NCBI GenBank assembly: GCA_020137815.1 | Contig: CM035360.1 | Coordinates: 1,860,001-1,924,000 of the forward strand | DNA from: Hormiphora californensis | Lineage: Eukaryota; Animalia; Ctenophora | Direction: 5' to 3' | Length of the DNA stretch: 64,000 nt | In this document: positions 24,387 through 39,320 of the stretch, piece after piece | Numbering within the stretch: position 1 is the stretch's first letter | Layout of the letters: each line of letters starts with the position of its first letter | Position numbers and translations under genes: made by a program | Notes under the pieces: generated by a model | The model's database searches: none | What the model saw: the letters and a program-made list of their open reading frames with translations, nothing else | Told to the model about the DNA's origin: nothing

Positions 24387-27300
24387 TCCTAAACCCACCT
24401 TGTTTCATACAAAATGCCATGCGGCATGCAGGTCATAAAACAACAGCGCCGTATTCGGCAACATAATCAAGTCCGAAATTTTTACCTAGGCTTGATGCCT
24501 ATCTAATTTTCTCGATAAACCAGCTCGATTATATTCCACTAGGCCTAGTCTTTACACCCACCGGCCCCGGTTCAATTCATACCTGGAACCATGCCATGTT
24601 AATGTCAACAAAAACACATACTTCAGCATGCTAATAGGACAGTTTCTACATCGTTTCAGACACGGCCCCGGCCAAATCTCTCTTTCTCTCTAGGTTTCTA
24701 CATATTTTCTCAACTCTCACTCCAAGGTTCCAAAGGAATATCCCTAATGTCATTGTATACGGTCCTCTAGCAACACAAGGCAACTTATATAACCCACACT
24801 TTGTCCTTCTGCAGGTCAGAGTACGGCCGGGATCAGCACGATCAAGATCAGATCGCAACAACAAGATAGCAGCTCCTGTATCGCCCAGAGAGGAGCCGGG
24901 TGAAGCGGAGATAGAGGAATTTGAGAAATTGGTGATGTTGGACAAGAGTAATGAAAATAGGGAACAGGTAAATTATAGGATTACAGCAATTTGAGGAGTT
25001 ACGCTTTGAGTTGGTGATAAATCCCCTTTGCAGGCTTCGTTTAGCCGCGCTGTGTACCGCTAGTGTAGGGGTGACTGCGTCACCAACGCTTTGAGTGTTA
25101 TGTATATATATAGTATAAACAAAATTTTATTGATATTAGCTGTAGAAACATAGTGTAACAAAATAAGGTGTTACACAACAAAGTATAACTGCACTAACTG
25201 CAGTGCGGGCCAAGGTGCATGTGTAATATAATAGGGGACTCCGGACTCCTAACTGTCACCAACTGTTTAATAATGACGTGCTATACTGACATTAGCCGGC
25301 TTCCCTGTGCCTCCACTACTAAATATATCTCTCTTTCTAATCATCTCTCTGTCTTACTCAATCATTTGAAAGGCCTCGATCATATATTTGTCAACACTAG
25401 GTCGAGTGTCAAAGCGTGGGCATATTCAATATTGATATACATTGCTCTCATCGGTCCTAAGAAAGGAGCTAAATGAGATTCCAATTTAATCAATCACAGC
25501 TGCTACAATGTCCCATTCTGAATTGAACAGCTGTCATGATATGGTTAGAGTACAGACTGAAGTCATACTATGTACATGACCCGGTATTTCGAGTTCGGGC
25601 ACGCTACACAGTTCAGCCATATACGGCCCGTTTAGGAGAGGGAAGTCTTTTGTTATGACAGAATCATGTGACATGTATGAGACCCTTGTATGAGACTCAA
25701 TATACTGGTAGGCGGTAAATGTTAACCAGATCTGAGAGAAAACGTACGTGCAAAACCACGTTTTTGTCCATAACTCAGTTATTTCTTGACCAATTTGCAA
25801 AATCTTGGGCGCGTTGGAAAGAGGACATTGAGCTCTTTCAAATGAGCCCAAAAAACTAAAATCGGCGCAAAATGCGCGGCGTCATGGCGCAAAATGCGCG
25901 TTTTCGCCACCACGCCGCGCAATTTTCGCCAATTTTCATTTTCTTGAGCTCATTTGAGAGATCTCAATGTCCTCTTTCCAATGAGCCAAAGATTTTGCAA
26001 ATTGGTCAAGAAATGGCTGAGTTATGGGCAAAAACGAGCGAAATTCTCACAGATCTGGTTAACATTTACCGCCTACCCAATATACTATGATGGCCTCATA
26101 GAGATATATCGGGTATGTACAATTGATGAGCAGCCGTCTCAAACTCCCTTTGTTTATAGGTTGAGGAACTACTGGTACTAGATTCTTCCTCAGAAGGAGA
26201 AGAGGAGAAGATCGAACTAAAAGACGCACCTCTCCCTCAACAACCATTTCAACCTGAGGTTTGTAGCAGTGTGTGCTGTTGCACCTCCCCCGCGATGAGT
26301 ATGAACAATACAAGTAGCAGTGTGTGTTCTAGATATAATATCTACTCATGGGTTGTTAGTTAATGACTCAGAAACTCATGGGTGGAATGTAATATCGTTC
26401 CAATTCCAACCGTTAGTACAAATAGTAAACCATGTTATGTACTCAACAACAGACTGCTTGAGTCGATTTCTAAACAACTGCTGTAGTTGTATATTTCCTG
26501 CTGGCATGTCACACTTGGCACCGCTTATTGAGTCACAATCTGATCCCGTTACCTTGTTTATCGAGTCCTTCTTGCCACAGGAACCAGAAGATAAGAAGAA
26601 GGAGGAAAATGAGGGAGATTATTCGGATGATAAATTTGATGATGATGTCGATGATAAGGCTTCCATTCACAGTGAAAAATCTGATGTCAGCATCAATTCG
26701 GATGCGAGCATCAAGTCTGAGGCCAGCGCTAAGAGTAACTCCAGTGCTAAGAGCAACTCGAGTATTAAAAGTAGCTCCAGCGCCAAAAGTATTTCCAGTA
26801 TCAAGAGCAACTCTAGCGCCAAGAGTATTTCTAGCATCAAGAGCAACTCTAGCGCTAAAAGTGTTTCTAGCATCAAGAGCAACTCTAGCGCTAAAAGTAA
26901 CGCCAGCCACTCCTCTGATTCAACCATCAAGAGTGGATCCAGTACTCGGAGCATCACTTCGAACCGCAGTGTCAGTCCACTCCGAAGTGAGGACTCTCTA
27001 CAGCCCCTAGTTGACGAAGACAAACCTGCAGCAGAAGATGAAAGAGCGGTTAGTGAAGACAAATCTGCAGCCAGTGACAATGTGCAGACTGACAAAGTGC
27101 AGACTGACAAATCTGCAGCCAGTGACAATGTGCAGACTGACAAAGTGCAGACTGACAAATCTGCAGCCAGTGACAAAGTGCAGACTGACAAAGTGGAGAC
27201 TGAGAAAGTGGAGACTGAGAAAGTGGAGACTGAGAAGTCTGTAACGGATGAAAAAGTGGAGACTATAACCAATGACAAAGTGGAGACTGATAAATCTGCA

Positions 27301-30205
27301 GTCGATGACAAAGTGGAGCCTATAACCAATGAAAAATTGGAGACTGACAAACCTATAACGGATGACAAAGTCCAAGAAGACAATGCCATTACTGAAACAG
27401 TCCCAGAAGTGGTTACTGACAAAGTGACTTCTGAAACTAAAATTGGAGTAACCTCAGATGTCACCGACAAAGATGACAAAACAGACAATGACAAATCAAG
27501 TGACAAATTGGCTGAACGTGTTAGTGTTCAGGAGACGCCAGTTCCCGGGGAGGAGGAGGAGGAGGATAGTCGAGATGATGATGTTACACCTAACGGGTTG
27601 AGCAAAGTATCACCTGACAATGATGTATCACCTGATAATGGTGACAAAGTAACACCCGGGAATGGTGATAAAGAAGATGAAGTTGTTGACGGAAATCCGG
27701 GTGTTGATGATAACAAAAGTAACAAAGTGATAGTGCCGGAGCAGCAGCAGCCGATTAAGGAAAGCATTCAGGATGCAGGACCGGAGGGTCGGGTAAGTGT
27801 GCATGTTGGTTTGTCATGTGGGCATGATTTTTTGTCTTGGTGTGTCTGGCGGTGCCAAACCCCGTTTTGTGACAGTGAGCACAATGTTTTTGTCATGTAT
27901 CGCTTTGTCTGTCTTGGCGTATTTGTCTTGTTTTTCATGTTTGTGCACTTTCATGAACTTTGTCACCCTCTTGAGAATGTGAATGCGTTTTCGCGTGTTT
28001 TGAAGAATATTAGACTGTCTATGCTGGGTATGTATTGTACATAGGATTATGAATTTAGTTTTTGGACTTTTTAGTTACTTACTGAGAGAATGAAGTTCAC
28101 AGTCCAAGTCCACAGTTCATACAAACTTTACCAGTTCTCTTTTTGCACGTAGTTTGCTCAGAATTAGAGTGAATGGATATATTCATTTTAGTTGTGGTCG
28201 CATATATTTTAACCGCAAGATTCATTTATAAACTCATGAATGCACAGATCTTTTCAACTTCTTTCGCATTTGGCATGTTCATTCTTCACGCATTCCAAAC
28301 CATTTTCCACACACACACACACACAGACGCAAAGGCTGAGTAATGAACTATCCGATTCAATCAAGGAGTTTCTAGAGAACATGGAACATGAAGTAGTACA
28401 GCCTGAAGTAAAGGTACGGTCAACACAATAGAGTTATCGTCTTGCATCTTCCATTATAATATAACAAAATAAAGTGTCAGTGTGAGGTCAGGGAGAAATA
28501 TTTTTGTGCCAAAAAAAGTTTGGTCGTAATCGTAATCTATACCTTTGTTGTTGTGCTAGGGGATCAGTAAATTTCTTATGTCTTAGGTATCCTGTCTTGT
28601 ACTAACTTCCCCCAACAACAGGTCAGTGCAGCAGTGGAGGACGCTTACAGTGACAGTGAGATGAGTATCCATAGCAACCAATCTGATACAACCACAAGTT
28701 AGTTACTGCCCATAGCAACCAAATGACAACCCCCAGTTTTTTAGTAACCACGTCAGCCGAACCACAGTTTTTTTCAAATTTTACAAGCACAAATTTTGCA
28801 TGACTTGCATGATTTTCCAAAAGTGTAACCGGGTCTAGGTTCCTATGTTTCAGATATCCACCCGCCCGCTCTACCCAAGATGATGTCCCCCACCCACTCT
28901 ATTTTGTCTACTGATAGCTCAACCCGGATAAAGGATCCAAATCGACACATTCGGTTTTCTGACAAGGTACTACAGTAGTAGATTGGTCAGTAGATTGGTT
29001 AGTAGTTTGGTGATAGGTTCTACTGTTGATGATAATACTCGGAGTGATATTATATATTCTGGGGTTGGGAAAGGTATAGTATTTTTGGGACAATACCGGA
29101 GATTTATATTTCTTGATTGTTCAAACTTCAAGACTACATTCCTCCAGGTACTATCAAGTGATTCCCTCGTTAAATCTACCACAAGCATCACATCACCACA
29201 ACCAACATCATCCACGTCCCTCAATAGTGTCGCTAAAACATCATCAATGTCTCTTACTAAACTTGCTATAATCCAAAGAACTAATTCGGTGTCCTCAACT
29301 CCTGAAGGGGATTCTTCCCCAGAGGTACAGATCCAGTCCTCAACTCAAGATTCTCCAACTAACTCCCCAGAGCTCCAGTCCTCAACTCAAGATTCTCCTA
29401 CAAACACCCTAGAGCAGCTCCAGAGTGGGAGTAACTCCCCAGAGCAAACACAGAGTACTGAGAATGATGTTGAGCCCCTGGTGACTATAACTTTTCAACT
29501 TGAGAATTCTGAACCAAATAGTGACGAGAAGGAGAGGAATGAAACACTGGAAGTAGGAACCCATCCTCCTGGAATTAGGAACGTATCCAGTACCCCGGAA
29601 CAGCTGTTGGAAGCTCCTGAGAAACCTCCTAGGATTAAAGCAGAGTCTGCAGACGGTGCCGAACAGGTGAAATCGCTGCTATCTGTCATAACACGCCAAG
29701 ATGAAATAAACGGAGAAGTGGAGCAGGTGTCTGAAGAGAATGAAACGTCGCCCAAAACACTCGGTCAGAAGCTGAGATCCCTGTCATCAAGGATTGGGTG
29801 CACCATAAAGACATTATCAGTGCGTGGCGGGTCCGTTAACAGCCTTAGGAGTAACCAGAGTAACCATAGCAACACCCCTCACGCAACTAGTAGTTACCAT
29901 AGCAACACCAATCATCATAGCAACACCAGTCACCATAGTAACACCAGTCACCATAGTAACACTGCACCAGTCACACAACTAGCAGTTACCATAGCAACAC
30001 CAGTCGACCTAGCAACACCAGTCACCATATCAACACCAGTCAACCTAGCGACACCAGTCACCATAGCAACACAGATATCTCCAAATTGGTCAGTTTCACG
30101 TTTCATCGCACTATTATTTAACTTGTCTATCAGCTTTCTCTCAAACTAACAACCCCTTTCTCTGCCCAGGTGACTCAGCGTGTTGCCTCCGACGATGAAC
30201 AGTAG
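14600..30205 (+). CDS. ERICH3: Glutamate-rich protein 3 (ERICH3/C1orf173, DUF4590), multi-exon; start codon and last exons uncertain
   Basis: GT-AG exons 14600-14693 (LLESYNSLTDEYLSDYFNNKRIRKHLRQMGL), 15198-15323, 16179-16250, 20208-20291, 20637-20780 (QQHCGGNTVCVFQG...SRRH), 21136-21248 (STCCEYKHKPGHVLGGKSGHF...PCYK) and 22037-22271 match recalled ERICH3 motifs. Probable low-complexity acidic exons at 24814-24967, 26581-27792, ~28327-28413 and 29148-~30088. Confidence 0.82.
16286..16349. repeat. 64-bp near-perfect hairpin (mini-MITE) in an ERICH3 intron
   Basis: ataaatttgttaaattcctgagagga...tcctctcagaaatttaacaaatttat. Confidence 0.7.
18612..19650. repeat. (GA)n and complex (CT)n microsatellites; others at ~24340, 32842-32945, 62529-62608, 62793-62890 and 63980-64000
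   Basis: Direct observation. Confidence 0.95.
20460..20548 (+). mobile_element. 5'-truncated retrozyme copy with hammerhead core and a 12-bp TSD (GGAATCTAAAAC)
   Basis: CTGATGA-t-tggtgtccc-ctcgt-gggacatca-t-GAAACATGTGTA and the same 3' tail. TSD at 20448-20459 and 20549-20560. Stem I is lost. Confidence 0.8.
22554..23609 (-). CDS. Golgi carbohydrate sulfotransferase (Sulfotransfer_2; CHST8-14/HNK-1ST-like), intronless CDS nested in an ERICH3 intron
   Basis: Type II TM anchor, 5'-PSB PKTGSTSFK, 3'-PB RNPVTRLVSGF, HFKPQ and the C-terminal YKKDYELFGY. Confidence 0.9.
   Translation of the reverse strand: MFHRSAISTLKRCSILWITAFLSASLLFLLAPSLIDNSTSLISTVPSTPIFPGDQLRTSYTERTEEEEDTPERLQERSDMLLERITNQCDLDGIKTNWKYPDKSWIQSKQPRLLIYNEKFHILYTTNPKTGSTSFKKFLYLADGKLPRGDTTQEIIDGIVNVHNTTGGHFSIIETKPQLPPEPVFTSCFKFVVIRNPVTRLVSGFRDKQLRREQFLKPGIHYPAKARDEEIFRLFVIGPLQDWLYLENIHFKPQWLDILVCSWPYDLVVQYERMGEYMPFIQQRTGTADFLWPGSRKEQGVEEHATMYFVNQYMNFLDANERELIYKFYKKDYELFGYTKFGEPGFPYLKT
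25701..26083. mobile_element. Foldback MITE with long inverted arms
   Basis: ggtaggcggtaaatgttaaccagatctg ... cagatctggttaacatttaccgcctacc; internal arms are also complementary. Confidence 0.85.
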
Positions 30206-31283
30206 ATTTCTTGAAAATACACGTAGCTGGAAAACTTGATGATATTATTTGTGGGCAATGGGTGGACTTGGTGACAATTCTCACGTTACACGAAGTGAAC
30301 GTGGAATGGGTTAATGAGGGGTTGATTTGAGCTGAGCCGGACTGAGCAAGTTGAAACAATACTGGATTGTGTAGTGTAATGTGTATAATAATAATTGTAG
30401 GTCGTATGATTGTGACACCACGGGACTGTGATTTCCATGCTTCGAGAAACCTAGTTGTATGTCGATGATCATCGATTAGCTTGCAGTTGCATTGTTTTTC
30501 ATTGCCACGTATCACAATCTGGGATCAATTGTGATGATGGGGAAAGCGCTGTTTTGACCAAGAAGTGTCTGTTTGGGAGATTTTGGTTCACCTTGTGTGT
30601 TGGGAGAGATCTTATATCATGTATATACAACGCGACATATCTTTTTTGTGAAAACAGCTTTTTTAGTTTGATTTGAAACATAAATATGACCACTGGACAC
30701 TGGTGTACCGAATGCTTTTCTGGCGATGGCGTCTCTGATCCTGTCTGGCGCTGCCAGACCCCGTTTTGGTTCATAAAGCGACAGTGTGCTCAGACCGGGT
30801 CGGCGCCAGTCGCCAGACAGCCCTGACAGATCGGAATTCTGAACAATTCGAGGAGGAATTCTGAACCGGTTGTTGTCACAGTCTGTGAATATTCCCACGC
30901 CGCGCAGATGAGTTGGCGCCGAGTTGAGTGTTTTGTGTATCTGCGCGTTACTGACATACAGCCGGCATGGTGTGACCAGGGCAGGGGCCACAACGTTCAG
31001 ATTCCATATTTTTTTGGGTTTCCGGTTTGATCAAGATCAATTGACAAGTGACAATTTAAAATACATGGCTTACCAAAGGTGTCGAGTAAATATAAAAAGT
31101 GAATAAGTTAACAAGCACAATTCGCTCTTTTCATAATTCATATGTCACATAGAACATGATACTGTTTCAATGTTTTCCTTTCATCGAAGATCGCTGGGTT
31201 ACTAATTAACAGTTAGTACCGTCTCAGATAAATTGTCCATACATCGACTCAACAGTCAACATTCTAGCACGGGGGAGAAGATA

Positions 31284-34377
<3,094 letters not shown>

Positions 34378-35225
34378 TCAGCACACTAGCTGCCGGCTGG
34401 ACCAATTACTTTTATACTAATAAACATGATATGGTTATTGTATAATGGTTATTCAATAATGATAATGATTCAGATTTAAGTCACAAATTTGACAAAAACA
34501 AATTCGTGTACGAGAAGGGGGCACACCAAAAGGGATTCTGTGCAACTCCGCACTTGACGCCTCCATAGACGTCACCTTCTCTTCCTCTTCTACCCTACGG
34601 AACATCCTCACCCAGACCAAATCTTCGCCTCCTTCTGATAGTACTCCCAACTCCATCTACTCCATTCCCTGCCGCGACTGCCCATCTTTCTACGTTGGCC
34701 AGACCAAGCGACCAGTGAAAACCCGGATTAAGGAACACGAATCAAACTTCTACAACAACTCTCTCTACAACACCGATGGGAAGATGAAATCTGCTCCTGC
34801 TATCCACGCTCGGGAATCTGGACACACCATGGACTGGAATTCTACCTCTATCCTCTCCTCTTCTTCCTCCTGCCTCAGTCTAAATCTACTGGAACAAGCG
34901 GCTATTCACACTCTTCAACCGGCGATTAACCGAACAGATAAAGTTCCTACTGTCAACCTCCAATGGACTCACCTTCTCCCCAGGATTGCTAACTCCTTCA
35001 AACCCCGTCCTGCTGGCATCTCCATCAAACCTAGATCTCCCAAACCTGTTTCCTAATTCTCTTCAGCTCGGATCACCTCTTCTCCCTTCCCGTGGATCAC
35101 CTCCCCCATCCCCTCCTCTCGGATCGCATCTTCCTTCTCGGATCTCATCCCTTCCTCTCTCCTCCCCTCCCCGGATCCCATATCCTCTTCTCCACTACAT
35201 AAACACTTTCATTTTCATTGTTGTT

Positions 35226-35267
35226 ATAGCTGAAGACGTCTGACATAGATCAGTCGAAAGCTCCTGT
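35226..35267 (+). ncRNA. Minimal PLE-type hammerhead ribozyme; second copy at 38146-38187
   Basis: atag-CTGAAGA-cgtctgacatagatcagtc-GAAA-gc-TC^-ctgt: core with ctga/tcag stem II and palindromic AGCT in place of stem III. Confidence 0.78.
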
Positions 35268-35343
35268 TCTTAATTGAATATTAGTACTGCAAAATCGTTG
35301 TTTCTCTTTAATTGTTATACACGGTACTACCACCCTCTCCCTG

Positions 35344-37976
35344 ATGGATCAACCAACACCTGGTCAAGAATCCAAAGATACACCTACATCTTCATCTCCC
35401 TCCTCCCCCTCCCCTCCTCTCTCCTTTAATGCTACCATCCTCTCTACATGTGGACCCACTACTGCCAACCTGACCAAGAAAGCCTCTTCTCTCTTGGCCA
35501 AACTAGCTATCTGTTCCTGCCATATAGGCTTTCTAAAAGCCTGTAAGGATCACCACTTCATACCCAAGGGACTGCGCCTCAGTAACCCGATCAAGTCTAC
35601 CCGTTCTTCTACAATCCTTAACAAGGCTTCTACCCTCCTTCTCAATGAACGCCTGAAACACTACCGGTCTAGCTTTGCTACTACTGAGCGTGTCTACAAG
35701 GAGTCTCTCTCCCGCCTCCTCCACTCCTTCCTACCCCCCTTCGGAACGACTTTGTCAACCTCTGTGCGAAGAAGTCCGCCTCTACCCACTTCTCCCTGAT
35801 GTCCAAACACTCCAAGAAGTTCTCTACTCTCCTGGATTTCTACTCTTCCCCGACTCTCAACCCTTACTCTCTCCTCCGTGATTTCTACATTACCGAACCC
35901 CTGATTAGTGGCCCTCTCAAAACCACCACCCCTACCTCCCCCGCCCTTGACCCTTCCAAAACCGTTATCAATTTATCCTCCACCCCGCTGTCCCAATCTG
36001 AAACTGAAGTCCTATCTTTAGGTTTAAAGTTTGCCCCTACTCCCGTAACCGACCCAATCCCCCGCTTGGCCCCTCTACTCCAATCAGCAACGAGGAAACT
36101 TGGAGAGTCAGTTGATGCAGCTGCCTCATACGAGATCTCGTCTATCCTGTCCTCCTTCCAACCATCCTCGAGGCGATCCAATCTCTCTACAACCCACCGT
36201 CAAGCTCTCAAGGACCTCCAGGAGAAGAAGTCCTCTCTCCGGTTCCTGCCCGCCGATAAGGGTAACGCTACTGTTGTCCTTGCTGAGGAGCAGTATCTCG
36301 AGAAAGTGAACGACCACATCTCCTCTGCTGGAGCCTACGAGCTGCTACCGTCTAATCCTACCTCCTCTCTACACCGTCGACTGGATGCTCTCCTGAAGGA
36401 TCTACAGACCCGGAAGCTACTCTCTGAGCCGCAGAAGAAACAGATGAGACTGACGAACCCCCGTTATCCTCAACTGTACGGTCAACCCAAGATCCACAAA
36501 CCTGGAGCCCCCATCCGTCCTATTGTCGCCTTCTACAACAGCCCTCTCTCTGCTCTCCACTCCTTCCTATCCTCCCTTCTCAAACCCTTGGCTGCTTCCT
36601 CCCTCCGTCTCAAGGACTCTACAGACCTAGTCAACCGCCTCCGCTCCAGCCAATCTCCCTCTTTTCCCTACTACTTCTCTCTGGATGTGGTCTCCTTGTA
36701 CACAAACTGTGACATGAGGGCTGCAGTGGACTCCACTATCAGACGTCTTGAGGAAACTCCTGATATCCTTCCTACTCCCCTCACTCCCTCTACTATCCGC
36801 TCTCTCTTGGACTTCTGCCTCGACAACGCCGACTTCGAGTTCAACGGAAACTTCTACGCTCAACGTACCGGAGGAGCGATGGGTTCTCCCCTCACCGTTA
36901 TCCTGGCTGAGATTCGTGTTACGGAACAGGAACAACACGCTCTCAAGTCCTTCTCCGACCCACTGGGATCTTGGAACCACTTCGTTGACGACGCCATAGG
37001 AGTTGCCAGGGATTATGATCACGCCGAGTCTTTCTTCTCCTACATCAACTCCCTTGCTCCAGATCTCAAGTACACCATCGAGCACCCTAAGGATGGACTT
37101 CTCCCCTATCTTGACGTCCTTCTCCATCCCGACCTCTCTACCTCTGTCTACCGGAAACCTACACATACCAACCTCTATCTCAAGTACAACTCCTCTACTC
37201 CTGCCTCTACACGCCGCTCTGTTATCCAATCCTTAACCCGTCGGGCCTACAACATCTGTTCCCCCCAACATCTCGAAGAGGAACTCGACACAGTCTACAA
37301 CATCTGTCTCTGCAATGGATTTCCTCCCTACGAGATCTCCACTCTGATGTCTACTGTTCGGGACCGCCTTCTACACCCCAAACCGTCAAAATCCCGTCCT
37401 CCTTCTTCCTTCGTCCACCGTGTAGTCCTACCCTATCACCCGGACCTCTCCTCTCGACTCAAACGGACCCTCAACCGCTACAACATAGACGTCACCTTCT
37501 CTTCCTCTTCTACCCTACGGAACATCCTCACCCAGACCAAATCTTCGCCTCCTTCTGATAGTACTCCCAACTCCATCTACTCCATTCCCTGCCGCGACTG
37601 CCCATCTTTCTACGTTGGCCAGACCAAGCGACCAGTGAAAACCCGGATTAAGGAACACGAATCAAACTTCTACAACAACTCTCTCTACAACACCGATGGG
37701 AAGATGAAATCTGCTCCTGCTATCCACGCTCGGGAATCTGGACACACCATGGACTGGAATTCTACCTCTATCCTCTCCTCTTCTTCCTCCTGCCTCAGTC
37801 TAAATCTACTGGAACAAGCGGCTATTCACACTCTTCAACCGGCGATTAACCGAACAGATAAAGTTCCTACTGTCAACCTCCAATGGACTCACCTTCTCCC
37901 CAGGATTGCTAACTCCTTCAAACCCCGTCCTGCTGGCATCTCCATCAAACCTAGATCTCCCAAACCTGTTTCCTAA
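35344..37976 (+). CDS. PLE polyprotein (RT + GIY-YIG endonuclease), split by a single frameshift at ~35715-35740
   Basis: N-terminal FLKACKDHHFIPKGLRL, then ADKGN, LYGQPKIHKPGAPIRPIV, SLDVVSLYTN, GAMGSPL, FVDD, LPYLDV, YRKPTHT and IYSIPCRDCPSFYVGQTKR..RIKEH. Confidence 0.9.
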
Positions 37977-38428
37977 TTCTCTTCAGCTCGGATCACCTCT
38001 TCTCCCTTCCCGTGGATCACCTCCCCCATCCCCTCCTCTCGGATCGCATCTTCCTTCTCGGATCTCATCCCTTCCTCTCTCCTCCCCTCCCCGGATCCCA
38101 TATCCTCTTCTCCACTACATAAACACTTTCATTTTCATTGTTGTTATAGCTGAAGACGTCTGACATAGATCAGTCGAAAGCTCCTGTTCTTAATTGAATA
38201 TTAGTACTGCAAAATCGTTGTTTCTCTTTAATTGCCTCCTTCTAGATGGTATGCTATGGTGTCCTAGTGGCGAAGCTATGCTGCAGAATAAGGCAGCGAT
38301 TTTCAGGAAAAACGCTTTGAACGCCTGCGGAACGTGGGTGAAAGGAAAAAGGAACAAAAAACATCAATTTTAATAAATTATAATAAATTACCCACACACC
38401 GTCATACTCTCATACTCCCTCTCTCTGC

Positions 38429-38812
38429 TCACTTGTCTCGAAAGTCTACATCTTCCACACTAACTGGGACAACCCTTCTCTTGGTTCCCCGAAGCGCAAC
38501 AAGAGTTGATCTTAACAAACTGAATCGTGTCTTTTCTCGGATGAAGGACATGGTTTCAGCGTAACTCTCCTTGTGCTTGTCGCAAATCCTCCTGGCCGCT
38601 TTTTCCAACACCTTCCCAACCTCTACCGCAAAACCTCCCGATGTGGAGAATACAAGGGGCGTGAAGGAACCCTGCTCCACTTCTTGTACCCTTCGCATAT
38701 AGGCCAGCTTCTTTTGGTTTTGGTGCTGTTTATACAGGTTGGAGATGGGCACCTTCAGGTAGGATGGGGCGTTTGGATGGAAAACCCGTACATCCATGAA
38801 ACTGGCCTGCAT
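38429..38812 (-). mobile_element. 3' fragment of a CRE-like non-LTR retrotransposon (restriction-like endonuclease C-terminus)
   Basis: DVRVFHPNAPSY...KKLAY...EQGSFTPLVFSTSGG...FSLLRS..ALRG. Confidence 0.75.
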
Positions 38813-39022
38813 GTCAGACCACAGACCATTCAGGAAAATGGTATTTTGGTGAAAAGTAGAAAATTTGGGCGATTTTTGAGGAAAAAACGAGCGAGCGCGA
38901 TAAAATTTTTAGCGCGCGGCTAAGAAAGTGAATGTTTGGCAACGCTCTCACCATTTGATCGCGCGTTACATTAATTGCGATGCATACTGCAACTGTACTG
39001 AATTTGAACTTAATTTGTATTG

Positions 39023-39320
39023 ATAGGGATCCCTAAATAAGTTCAGTATTTACACAGAGTTTACACAGCCTTTACTCAGTCGTTACACCCAGAGCGGCGC
39101 GTGCTGCGCACAGCGGCTTTTTCCAAGAAAATATTGGATTGTGTGCTGCACAATTGACAAAATTGAGCGCTGCGGCGAAAAAAGTTTCCGAAAACGCTGC
39201 AAATCGAGTGCGAAAGACGCAGTCGTTACACCCAGAGCGGCGCGGGCGCTCTGGGTGTAACGACTGAGTAAAGACTGTGTAAACTCTGTGTAAATACTGA
39301 ACTTTTTTAGGGATCCCTAT
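39023..39320. mobile_element. MITE with ~70-bp TIRs
   Basis: atagggatccctaaataagttcagtatttacacagag ... ctctgtgtaaatactgaacttttttagggatccctat. Confidence 0.85.

Larger units (their letters stand above)
34564..38234 (+). mobile_element. Penelope-like retroelement with partial-tandem (pLTR) structure
   Basis: 751-bp direct repeat (34564-35314 = 37484-38234) flanking an RT + GIY-YIG ORF, with a hammerhead in each repeat. Confidence 0.93.

Noticed and set aside
26320-28044. 574-aa standalone ORF (and 28983-30149)
   Set aside because: These are large exons (acceptors at 26580 and 29147, donor at 27793) read through into intron sequence
35799-37976. Selenocysteine-encoding (Naiad-type) PLE
   Set aside because: No in-frame TGA in the RT-EN ORF and no SECIS recognised in the pLTR
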